Part shown: one piece after another, positions 50,901 through 61,761 of the stretch
Position numbering within the stretch: the stretch's first letter is position 1
Layout of the letters: each line of letters begins with the position of its first letter
Assembly: GCA_043228905.1 (NCBI GenBank)
Contig: JBHGNT010000017.1
Location: 3,968,001 to 4,032,000 of the forward strand
Source of the DNA: Azolla caroliniana
Lineage: Eukaryota; Plantae; Polypodiophyta
DNA length: 64,000 nucleotides
Direction of reading: 5' to 3'
Program-made: the position numbers and the translations under genes
The notes under the pieces: model-generated
Database searches by the model: none
Seen by the model: only the letters and a program-made list of their open reading frames with translations
Told to the model about the DNA's origin: nothing

Positions 50901-53876
50901 GATGTTTGTATGAGGAGCTTATATTTCCTTATCTTGCAGGTTTCTCCAGAGACTAAACGTTTGCTAGCTGTTCATGAAGCTGGACATGTTCTTTTAGCAC
51001 ACCTATTTCCCCGCTATGATTGGCATGCACTTACTCACTTGCTCCCTGGGGGGAAGGTGATAAAATCAAAATTTTGGTAGCAGTATTTGCAAACATATTT
51101 ACAAATCAACATAACCTTGAACACATTTTTTGCTATCACAGGAGTCAGCATTGTCTTTATTTTATCCTCGAGAAGAAACCCTTTCAAGCGGTTACACCAC
51201 AGTGGGCTATCTAAAGATGCACATGGTGGTTGCACATGGTGGTCGTTGTGCAGAGAGACTTGTTTTTGGTGATGATATAACTGATGGTGGACAAGATGAT
51301 TTGATGAAAATTTCCAAGGTCATCAATTAGGTTTCAAAGTTTAACAAGTCTCATTAAATCCATTCTGTATGCAATAAATAAATAAAGAAAGATTTTGATC
51401 ATGGACAGAAGCAGGTGGAGAAAAAAAGAAAGAAAGAAATATTAATCTCATCTCAGACCAAAATTGGCCCATGAGATTGTCATAGATTTCGTCCTTCGGA
51501 ATGAGGCCTTGCTTATTCTGTATGCAAAATACATCATGATCATGATGATTATGTGCCCTTTTTTATGCAAATGTACTACATAGTCATGATCACTACGCAA
51601 TGCACATTCAGAATGAGGCCTTCAAACCCAATGCTTGTGCAACCTTTCTCATTCTGTATGCAAATTGCATCACGTTCATGATGATTATGTGACCTTTTTT
51701 ATGCAAATGTCGGACATGGTTGTGATCATTGTAAGCATTCAATGATGTGTGATTAGAAAATAGTGTACCAATGAACTTTCTTTATATGGAAAATGCTGTT
51801 GCTTGCCTCTCTGAGATTCTAACACAGGGACCTGTTACAAGATGTTTGTTACCTAGAAATCATAAAAATGATGTCACTAAAAACTGTGAATCTTGATATA
51901 TAATGATCATTTATATCAGATTTCATGTATACACGTACAATCAGGCATAGGGGGTTGCCACATCAGTCAAACATGTCGTTTGACACATCTTGAAACATTC
52001 AAATGACATTAAAGTTCTTTTCTTTGTTAGCTCATATTCTCCCAAACTGACTAAACTTAAGTTATTTAGAAATTAATTGTTTTTGCTTAGCTAACTTAAC
52101 TGTAATTTTTAATCTCATAAAACTCATTAATGATGTATAAAGCATACACTGAGGTTTTTCTTTGTGCAGATTGCGAGAGAAATTGCCATTAGTCATGCCA
52201 GTCCAAGGCTAGGTCTCTACCCAATGCTTTGGAAAGATAAATTTGATCCTCCAGTTCCTGCAGATCAAGTTGATCTTATCCCAAATAATGTAAGGATGTT
52301 CCTGTCTCATTTTGCACTTTCCTTCACAATCTTTTCAATGCAACATTTCCTGTTTTGTGCGCAGTGGAGCAGACCTGGTAATAGAATTGCAAATATGACA
52401 ATGGAACTTTCAGAGATGTTCACTCGGGAGGTTACTAGGGTATGGAAAAAATTCTTTTTATCAACTTGTTTTTACAAACAGAATTCTTGATGAAGACAAT
52501 TCTCCAACTTTCTGCAAGACAAGGTTTTTTTTTCAGAAATGTTATTGGTGCTCTTTAATGACATTATAAAATATCCATTAAATTGTATAAATGGGACTGT
52601 AGAATTTTAGAATACTCAAGATATAAATAATGTCTCCTGAACTTGAATGACAGCCAGATGCTGTAAATGATAAAAGTTGGTGTTTATATCTAACAGAGGG
52701 GATTCCACATAGTGAGGAGATGGTAGTAATTTTCATTTTCAACACCTTTTTTAGAGAAGGAGAAAGAAACAAGGTATAAAAATAACAAGGTTGTACACAA
52801 ATGCTTCCTCAACACGGAGTGCCAGATACCATAAATGATAAAAATTGGTCCATATATCTAACAGAGGGGAAGGAGATTGTAGTAATTTCCATTTCAACAC
52901 ATTAATTTAGAGAAGGATGAGAAAGTAAATCATATGTTTGAGTCAAATGAATATTTCATAGGTATCGAAGTATAAAATGGATATATTATGATCATTTTGA
53001 GGCATTATAGGAATTAAAAAACATGGATTTGTGTAAATTGGGGTAAAGAAGCTTGTTAGTATTAGAATTTTTATATTCTCAAATAATGATGCTTTCCAAA
53101 TATTCACAGTTCTCTAAAAGAACTGCAACTTTACTGTTTAGTCTTTCTGGTGGCCAAGAGTGATTTAGTTTCAATGCTACCTATTGTTACAGTATGCAGA
53201 TGAAACAGAGGAGGAAGCAATGAGAGGGTTATCCGTGAATCGTCACATTCTCGACGTGTTATCAGAAGAGCTGTTCAAGCGAACAAAGATGAGTGGACTG
53301 GTACTAGTCACATCGATTTCAAGCAGACAATTTTGATGAATCCCTACTTTATAATGCAGCCTCACAACTTAATTTCCTAGTTCATACTGATTTTTATTTT
53401 GCATAATGCAACTATCATTTATATTAATTGGTGTTGTACCTCGTTTGATGCTAACAGGAAATTTCTGATCTAATAAGGTCGATGAATCCTGTAATGATAC
53501 CAGATTATTTGAGTGATGAGGTTACAGAGACTGTTACAAAGGTAAATACACCATAACCCAATTAAATTCTTTTTTCCTCTTTAATTAACATATGGAATGA
53601 CCCCACCTTGCTGAGTATTTCACTGAATACTCCTAAGCTCTCACAAATTTACCATAATGCACCTCTGTAATACAATATTTTCTGCAACATAAGAGGTATT
53701 CTGGTATTTTCTGAAAAGTAGGGGGTATTTTGCAACATTACCAGGTATTTTGTTATTTATTTATTTGTAACTAAATATCCGAATTTATGTATTTGGTATA
53801 GATGGATGGTCACCCTAAAAACGTTGGTCGATATGAGGAGTTAGACATATGGCAAGCTCCATTACATCGATGCTAA
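44762..53876 (+). CDS. FTSH12: Chloroplast ATP-dependent zinc metalloprotease FtsH12-like, 19 exons
   Basis: GT-AG exons read in frame: 44762-45277, 46243-46418, 47371-47624, 47710-47969, 48080-48157, 48238-48465, 48551-48691, 49552-49722, 49804-49916, 50019-50235, 50317-50388, 50465-50584, 50940-51056, 51142-51318, 52170-52289, 52365-52439, 53193-53300, 53458-53541, 53802-53876. Walker A GPPGTGKT, Walker B FIDE, RPGRIDR, zinc motif [16 protein letters not shown]-terminus APLHRC, Ser-rich transit-peptide-like N-terminus. Confidence 0.92.
44896..44931 (+). repeat. (TCT)n microsatellite encoding poly-Ser in the FTSH12 N-terminus
   Basis: TCT run within exon 1. Confidence 0.9.
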
Positions 53877-56109
53877 GAAAGGGAGGCTTCATACAATCTA
53901 GCTGATGAAACGTACCATTTTTCTTAATATCAGTTGTTTACACTAGCTCTGATCAGCAGCATTCTTATATATTGAACATGAAAATCAATGACAAAGAGGT
54001 AACAGTTTGGTTGTGATTGAGTTAAAGAGGCACAGCTGAAGCATTCTTCAGCTTCATGATGAAACCCATGTCGAGATGGGAGGAAGCAACGTGTAATACT
54101 TACTATACATACCCATCTAGATGAAAAAGACTACAATTTCTAGAGTTGGTCAAAGAGAGGTTTCCATGTATATGTAATACATTAACGTTATTTGTCATAG
54201 GCGCATATTATTAAAATATTATATGTGCCCTCAGTAAGTACCATGTAATTGCTTCCATTTTTCTTACCTTTTAGTTTGCTGTAGTTCAGAATAGGATATT
54301 CAACCATATCCTCACATATTGCTTTTCCCTCAACCATCACCCATATCTATTCCGATCTTCAAACTTAATAATAGATCAAAGCATTCCTTAACCTCGTTTG
54401 TGTCATGTATGATGTTAATTTTGCATTGTATCCAACCACATTTGCTGTTTTATTGTGTCATGTCTACAATGATATCTACAATGATGTAATGTCTACCTTA
54501 TGGTTCCTTACAAAATTTATGTTAAATGACAAAATTGGATTATTCAAACACATGTATTTGCACCTCTGATTCTCCAATTTGTGGCATGCCATATACCCAG
54601 CAATCACACAATGCAATGAGAGAGAAAGAAAGTTTAAGGTAAACACAAATTTTTGCATCATGGAATACATTTTTTAAGAGTTCCATTGCTGTGAAAAGGT
54701 ATGAAATAGGCTTGTTACAAGTGGCAGTGGTCTCCTTTCTAACTAATTGTATGATTTGCTATGCTGCATACAAGAAAAGAAGAAAATGGATATGGCATTG
54801 CTCTTGTAAAAGGAAAACTGTAATAAAGAAGATCGATCAAAGAGTGGTTGGAGCAATGTGCATTAGTAAAGGAATCTACTAGGTAAGAAAGGATTGATCA
54901 AAAACCAGGAGATTGGTTTGGGCAACATAGTTTTGTTTTTCTGTATTTTTTGTTTTGGCAAAGGAATTAACTAGGAAAAAATGTGTGAAAGGAGTGTGAT
55001 GCCATAATATAGAATCATGGGCAAGACAAACAAATCTTTGTCAGATCATATAGACGACAATTAAAAAGATGGGAAGAATCAAAGATTTTTTTCCCCAATT
55101 TGGAGTGACGGGTCTGCATTGAAAAATTGGTTTGCATTGACGAGACTACATATTGTTCTGATCGGGTGTTTATGCAGGCCAGGGCACACGGATAGCAATA
55201 AAGACCAGACTCTAGGGGAAAAGTGATCCTCGTAGTCAAACACCTTTAGCACGCAACATTGAATACCAGACCAGATTCCAGACACGACACCATGATGTGT
55301 GAATCAAACAGGAGAATGCACTAAGTATATACAGATACATATGCACAATGCACAGAGAGAGAGAGAAAGAGAGAAGCAGATAAGTGTGATGCAGAAGACA
55401 CAGTCGATGTAAGGAAAGCCAAAACTCTCTGTCTCAAAATAATTTATGTGTAAGCAGCTTTTGCCTTTTCTTTTTACATTTTTTCTTTCACTTTTGTATT
55501 TCTCAGCAACCCACCCTTTCTTTCAGCCTCTGATATCTATCACGCATGCTTCCTCCCCCCCCCTCCCCTCTCTGTCTGAGGACCTTACCTTCCCCCCTTC
55601 AAGAAGAAAGAAAGAATAATGAAGAAATAAGAAGCACAATAGACGATAAGAGAAACCCAATTGCCAAAAGTTCCAGAAAAGGCCCCAACTTCGAAATTAG
55701 GTAACCAATCATATGATCCCCCTAGCCTGCTGGGCTTAAGACAGGAGATTTTTGTTTCACAGAGTTGTAGCCATGCCTTATTAAACACTGGCTTAGGTTT
55801 TAGAATGCCTTTATAGAAGATGGTTTTATGTCTCATCAAATTTTGATTTCTTGAGTGTTTCATCGATGAGGTGTGGAAGGCTATGGAGATAACTTTTGAG
55901 GTGTCAAAATAGATCAATTTTATCAAACCTTGGTCGGGATCATGAGTCTCATTTATGAATGAATGCATCGGGACTACTGTTGTGATTTGTTAAAGTGGTT
56001 TAATTCTAAGCATGAATTTGGAGTGGATACAGAGCTAAATTTGTGATGTGTGTGGACTGCAGAGAAGAATAAACAAGAAAGATTCTGCGGTGATTGGGCC
56101 TTGTGAGAC

Positions 56110-57304
56110 ATGGGAAAACTATTTTTGGTACAATTGGATGGAAGGGTGTACAGTTGTCGCATTTGCAAGACCCATCTTGCAAGCATTCATCAGCTCCTCT
56201 CAAAGGTGTGATGTCTTTGAGATTTCGGCTAATCATATCAGGAGCTCAAATGTCTTAAAATATGCAAATAAGGCAGTCATTTTTAGAAGTTATAAGTGGA
56301 TGCTGTAGGATCATACTCATGATTACATACCAAACCTAATAAACACGGTTAATTTCTTAAAACATGTGAGTCGGCATGGTTAATTAATTAAAACATAAGA
56401 GTCTGATGGTAAACTAAGCTGGCATTTCGATATAAATTCCCCTTTAAACCTTGAACATTCATTGCATTTGTTGTCTTAATCATCTTCAACTGCATCTCAA
56501 GCTGACCCAATAATTCTACTTATTTCCAGGACTTCTACTGCAAGAATGGGAAGGGTTACCTATTCAACGAAGTGTATGTTCTTCCAAGAAGCAATAAAAT
56601 CTTGTAACAAATTGATTATTACTTCATGCATAGTGTGGAGCTGGCATGTGTGGGCATGTTGCAGGGTTAATGTATATGAAGGCCCTTTAGAAGAAAGGAT
56701 GATGCAAACGGGATTATATATTGTTGTGGACATTCTTTGCAACTGTTGCCAACAAGTAGTTGGATGGAAATATGTAAGTGTGCAACATCTATTATTTGTA
56801 TTCACTATTCTAGGGTGTGATGTTTCAATACAAACTAAGTCCAAAGAGGCAATATGAATATCTAATGATGTGTTGATGCTTATCCAACTTGCATTGAAAT
56901 TTCACTAGAAACAAGTAGACCAGGGATGTAAATGCCATGTAAAGAAGAATATGTTTTAAGCGTCAAATCCTAGAAGCCATGTAATCCATAAGTTGGGAGT
57001 CGAAATCCTGTGCCCTCTCCATTAATTATTCTCCTGTCTTTCTGACACTTCTGGTCACATATGGTGTGATGAGCAGGAGACGGCACGTGAGGAGACGGAG
57101 ACATATAAAGAAGGGAAATCCATACTAGAAAGGTATGTGGAATATCAATTGGTTTATGATTCAATTGAAATGCATAATGATGTGATTAAATATACTGTCA
57201 ATATCTTCTCTTTTTCCAGAGCAAAGATAATAGGTGGTGGTTGTGCGGACTTATACCTGGAAAGTGCTCCAATTATCAGTGTCCCAATAACAGAATTTCG
57301 GTAG
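56110..57304 (+). CDS. Yippee-like (YPEL) zinc-binding protein, 5 coding exons
   Basis: Exons 56110-56205, 56530-56573, 56665-56773, 57077-57132, 57220-57304 give [24 protein letters not shown]...[12 protein letters not shown]...EERMMQTG...[15 protein letters not shown]...[10 protein letters not shown], with two CxxC motifs. Confidence 0.9.
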
Positions 57305-58620
57305 CTATTTCAAAACAAAAATATAAACTTAAAACAAGAATCTTCAACGAAATGTACATACATGTTAATAGACATTCAATTAAAATTTACACCACAAAGA
57401 AATTCCAATGCAAGATTTCTTGCAAAGGACTAATAAATAATCATATCCCTCTATGGAAGAGAGATGCTCTTCAACATTTGACCTATTCATGGCAAAATAT
57501 TAAGTTTTTAACTTCATAATGAACTACTAATTTCTATCCAATATTGGGCTGTTTGTAGAGCCTTCAATTTTCAAAGATAGTATTGAAATGAAGGTATTGC
57601 ACAAGATTATTTATTTTTAGTTCGAATCAATGAAGTAAACAGGTTCGAGCTCAATTATTGATGGTTTAACAATGTCAAGCATCTAATGTCTTGAACATGA
57701 TGGATTCTAGAATAGTAATGTTTTATTGCTAACTTTCAGAAGAACCTAACACTTAAATATTTGCCTTTCAGAATGTTATAACTTATTAAACATTTGTGTA
57801 TTCCGTAAATAGTGAATCTCTCTTACCAATAAATGCCAATGTAGAGTCACAAGAGGTAATTCCTCATGCTTGTCATGTGTGTCCTAATCCTCTCAATTGG
57901 TTTTATGAGTCCTAATTCATATGATGTAAAACTAATCTTCTTGTGAGCAATTATAGTATGTATCATGTAAAGTAGGTTGGATGTCATTCCTTCTTTGTAA
58001 ATTGACATTTTGCATTTCACATGGTTCTGTACAAGGGTATTTATGAATTAATGTGGTTCAGACCATAACTTCTTATTAATTTGAATCAGTAATTACCCTC
58101 AAAAGAACAGTCAGCTGCTCACCTTCCCACCTCGGGCTATAACAGAACATTTTGGATTCTGTCACATAAGATGTACTGCATGCTTTGAAAGAGGTTATTA
58201 TAGAGGTGGACCCAATCCCCTACACTGGACACAATCTTACGAGACTTTTTGTCTCTTCATAACATGCAAAATCACTAGACAAGAGACACTTATTTAAAGC
58301 ATGTGGCAATGCAAATGATATTAAGTTAAACCCATTCCTTTTAATCAAGTTGGATGAAAGAATGCATTAAGCTTTTAATCATCTAGGAATATACAGAGTT
58401 AATTTCTCTTACTCTACACGGTTTATAGGCATCCAATCTACAGAATACTTCATTCATCCAACACCTAGTATGAGATATCAAACTGCACATTTATCAAACT
58501 GCACATTGCTCCTTGCTGAAAGCTATAAAGCTGGAAAAGTACTCTTAAAGGAATGAGGCCAATGACCTTCTATTCCCCCAAGGATGAGTGCTAGTCCTTC
58601 AAATGCAAAGATCACATATG

Positions 58621-60675
58621 TTACCATTCAAGTGATACTTGATCAATACATTTAGTGTTCAAAGTGTGTAGAATCTTGGTTGCTTCATCTTCCATGCCAA
58701 CTCTATAATACAAATCTGCAAGCATGAAATATGGGGCAGAACTGTCAGGCTCAAGCTGAAATAATTTGTTTGCATATTCTATTCCTCTGCTTAGATCCAT
58801 TTCAGATTTACATGCGGACAACAAGGTCATCCAAGAAACAACACTTGCTTCCATGGGCATCTTAGCAATGAGGTCCTCAGCATCTTCTAGTTGCCCAGCT
58901 CTACCAAAGAGATCAATCATGCAATTGTAATGCTCTTCAAAAGGCTCTATTTTATGATCTAGAGTCATGGACATAAAATAGACAGATCCTTCCTCGACCA
59001 TACCGGCATGACTACAAGCAGATAGAATGATAACAAACGTAACCTCATTTGGAGGGCATACACTTGTCTCTTTCATTGCATTGAAAAGCGCAATGCTAGC
59101 TTTACTATCTCCATGATGAGAATAGGCTGAAATCATTGTATTCCATGAGACTGTATCCTTACAGCCCATTTGCACGAACACATTCTCAGCATCTCGGAGG
59201 TTTCCACACTTGCTATACATGTTAAGCAAAGCATTACCGACTGCAAGATCTACCTTGACTCCCTCTTCGATAATGTGAGAATGTATGACTTTGCCTTGGT
59301 TCAATGTTGCTTCATTCGCACATGCCGATAAAATGCTTGAGAACATAACCTTATCTGGCTTCACATGGCCTTGCATTCGAGCAAAGTATTGGAGGGCATC
59401 TTGTCCTTCTCCATACTCACAAAGCAAAACAATCATTGAAGTCCATAGAAATTTATCAGGGTCTCGAAATTCTTCAAACAAAAATTGCGCCAGCTCAAGA
59501 TCACCACACTTTCCATACATGTTCACAAGGGTATTTCGCACCACAGGGTCATACTCCAACTTGCTTCCTATGATGAACGCATGAATTCTTTTACCTTCGC
59601 ATAGGTAAGTTGGGTTGGCACATGCCGAGAGGGTACTTGCAATGATGAAATTGTTGGGCAACAAACCTTGTAAAAGCATTTGACTGTAAAGATATATAAC
59701 TTCTTGGGCATGTCCATAGAGAACATGGGCCGAAATCATGGCATTCCAAGCTTGCTCATCTAACCTAGAAATTCCTCCAAAAATAGCCCTAGCTTCATTA
59801 AGTTTCCCACATTTGGCATACATATTGATAAGGGACGTCGCGATGTTTCGGTCAGATTCGAACCCATTCTCAAGAATAGCAACATGAACTGGTTTCGCAT
59901 AACATAGGAACATCTCATTATCACAAACATGTAGAGAGCTGAGAAAACTTACCTTGTTGGGGATCAAGCCTTCTTCGTGCATCCTCATGAGCATGCGGAC
60001 GGCCTCTTCGGCATCACCGTGGTTTGCAATAGCAGAGATGATGGCTGTCCATGAGTGTGTGTTGGGGCACAAGATTTGTCCGAATGTGAAACAGGCATCC
60101 TCGATGCGGACGTGTTTCGCATACGTGTTCACAAGAGCTGTACCGACGGCAACGTCTTCATTGAGCCCGAGGGAATTTACCCGGACATGGAGGCATTTCA
60201 CAAGGGGAAGGGTGCTGCCAATTCGGGGTTGAGTTCGACCCAAATAGGGGGAATGGGCAGAGCCACCATCCGGTTGTGGATGTTTGAATGCACATGCAGA
60301 AATGATGCTAGCATAAATGAATTTGTTTGGGAGTAGGCATGCTCTGTTCTCCATGTCATGGAAGAGTTGGATGGAGGCGTTGGGATGGTATTCGGAGATC
60401 GCCGAGATGATGAAGTTCCATGAGTGATGATTAGGGTTTGGGAGGTGTGAGAAGAGGGAAAGGGAAGTGGAGGGGGATCCACAAGAGCCATAGATTCTGA
60501 TGAGGAGGTTGAGGAGGAGGGTCTTATGGGAAAGGCCTTTGCATACTATCTCATGATGCAACAGGGTTGCTTCCAGGAACACAGCACTTGTGCTGCTTTG
60601 ATCACAAGCAAGGAGCTGAAGAAGAAGGGTTGCATATGATGAGCCTGCACCCTTCCCTTCTCCTTTTCCAATCAT
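58621..60675 (-). CDS. PLS-class PPR protein, E subgroup (no DYW domain), 684 aa, intronless
   Basis: Repeated P-L-S motifs (VGNALLNMYSKCG, SWNTMISAY), ILSACSHAG, HYNCMIDLFGRAG, E1/E2 motifs, then a stop before any PG box. Confidence 0.93.
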   Translation of the reverse strand: MIGKGEGKGAGSSYATLLLQLLACDQSSTSAVFLEATLLHHEIVCKGLSHKTLLLNLLIRIYGSCGSPSTSLSLFSHLPNPNHHSWNFIISAISEYHPNASIQLFHDMENRACLLPNKFIYASIISACAFKHPQPDGGSAHSPYLGRTQPRIGSTLPLVKCLHVRVNSLGLNEDVAVGTALVNTYAKHVRIEDACFTFGQILCPNTHSWTAIISAIANHGDAEEAVRMLMRMHEEGLIPNKVSFLSSLHVCDNEMFLCYAKPVHVAILENGFESDRNIATSLINMYAKCGKLNEARAIFGGISRLDEQAWNAMISAHVLYGHAQEVIYLYSQMLLQGLLPNNFIIASTLSACANPTYLCEGKRIHAFIIGSKLEYDPVVRNTLVNMYGKCGDLELAQFLFEEFRDPDKFLWTSMIVLLCEYGEGQDALQYFARMQGHVKPDKVMFSSILSACANEATLNQGKVIHSHIIEEGVKVDLAVGNALLNMYSKCGNLRDAENVFVQMGCKDTVSWNTMISAYSHHGDSKASIALFNAMKETSVCPPNEVTFVIILSACSHAGMVEEGSVYFMSMTLDHKIEPFEEHYNCMIDLFGRAGQLEDAEDLIAKMPMEASVVSWMTLLSACKSEMDLSRGIEYANKLFQLEPDSSAPYFMLADLYYRVGMEDEATKILHTLNTKCIDQVSLEW

Positions 60676-60715
60676 TTGTCAAAAAGCCCAATGTCCCATC
60701 TTATGTGTTCTAAGG

Positions 60716-60736
60716 TTTAGGGTTTAGGGTTTAGGG
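60716..60736. repeat. Interstitial telomeric repeat (TTTAGGG)3 / telo-box upstream of the PPR-E gene
   Basis: Three perfect TTTAGGG copies 40 bp upstream of the ATG. Site II-like AGCCCA at ~60685. Confidence 0.85.
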
Positions 60737-61429
60737 ATTTATCACTTAGGACAGCCAATGTTAGCACACTATCTCGGAGCATTTAACTCTTGGTGGGCGT
60801 GATCTTGCGTCGACCAATGTTTCATCGATAGCAAACATCATGGTATTGGTTTACCACTCTAGACGCATTTAAATCCCAAGTCTCTACTGCCTCAAGAGTG
60901 GTCTCGGAAGATCACAATCTTCGGATAAAACCTCAGTCAAGAGACATTTGTAAACCACATACAAAACCCGGGTACAGGTTTTGCCACTCTCGGAGGACAG
61001 TTTTGGTTCATTCGTTTCAATGGTTCATAGGACTAGTCATGATCTTTTATCAAACAACAACATTCCAAAGATCTCTTGTTGATGATCAATGTTCAGAGGC
61101 ATTTGATCAATATACATCATGATATCATGTCGAACCACATCCCAGATATCTCTCGCTGATCAACTTTTCAGAGGCATGTTATCAGCACACATGATGATAC
61201 CATTTCAAACAATACTTGCGGACATGCTTTTAAAAAAGGTGACCCATAAGCTTTAATACCAATCAATTGCATACATAGCTCACTTCCCACAAAATCTAAG
61301 CATGTGTGAATGAGTACTTAGGTTTTGGATTGGAGATCTTCGAACATCATCATGATTGGAAAACCCCAACAGATGATGGTAAGATTTCGGCAAAAGCCAT
61401 CTTCAAGCCCATCCCATCGAGAAATGGCT

Positions 61430-61471
61430 TTTAGGGTTTAGGATTTAGGGTTTAAGGTTTAGGGTTTAGGA
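61430..61471. repeat. Interstitial telomeric repeat, six imperfect TTTAGGG units, upstream of the PPR-DYW gene
   Basis: TTTAGGG TTTAGGA TTTAGGG TTTAAGG TTTAGGG TTTAGGA, with GCCCA motifs nearby. Confidence 0.85.
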
Positions 61472-61524
61472 AAAAAGCCCAATGGCACATAAACCCCCCT
61501 TCCTTCCTTCCTTCCTTCCATATG

Positions 61525-61555
<31 letters not shown>

Positions 61556-61761
61556 TGAAGAAAAGAAGAGAGGCCCAATGGCACATAAACCCCTTCCTTC
61601 CACATGATGAAGAGATGGGAAACAGAGCTTTCCCCTGCCTGCCTGCCTGCCTCTCTTCTCTGTTTCATGATTCTCTCCTCCGGTTTGTTTGGGCTATGGA
61701 AACCTGCTCGTCCTCCGAGTTCCTTATCACACCTAGCAAACACAGGATTCTCTGACGCAAA

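Noticed and set aside
51498-52910. Local duplications in FTSH12 introns (~51500/51610 and ~52650/52820)
   Set aside because: Degenerate direct repeats without TIRs or TSDs, consistent with ordinary intron turnover.
55015-55293. Short minus-strand ORFs or a miRNA precursor between FTSH12 and the Yippee-like gene
   Set aside because: No recognisable domain, splice pattern, extended hairpin or known miRNA match by eye.
61430-61471. Chromosome end or fusion scar
   Set aside because: The arrays are short, imperfect, in one orientation and located in promoter regions.
61522-61755. Upstream in-frame extension of the PPR-DYW gene
   Set aside because: It is separated by TGA at 61753-61755, and its poly-Lys start is just an (AAG)n microsatellite.
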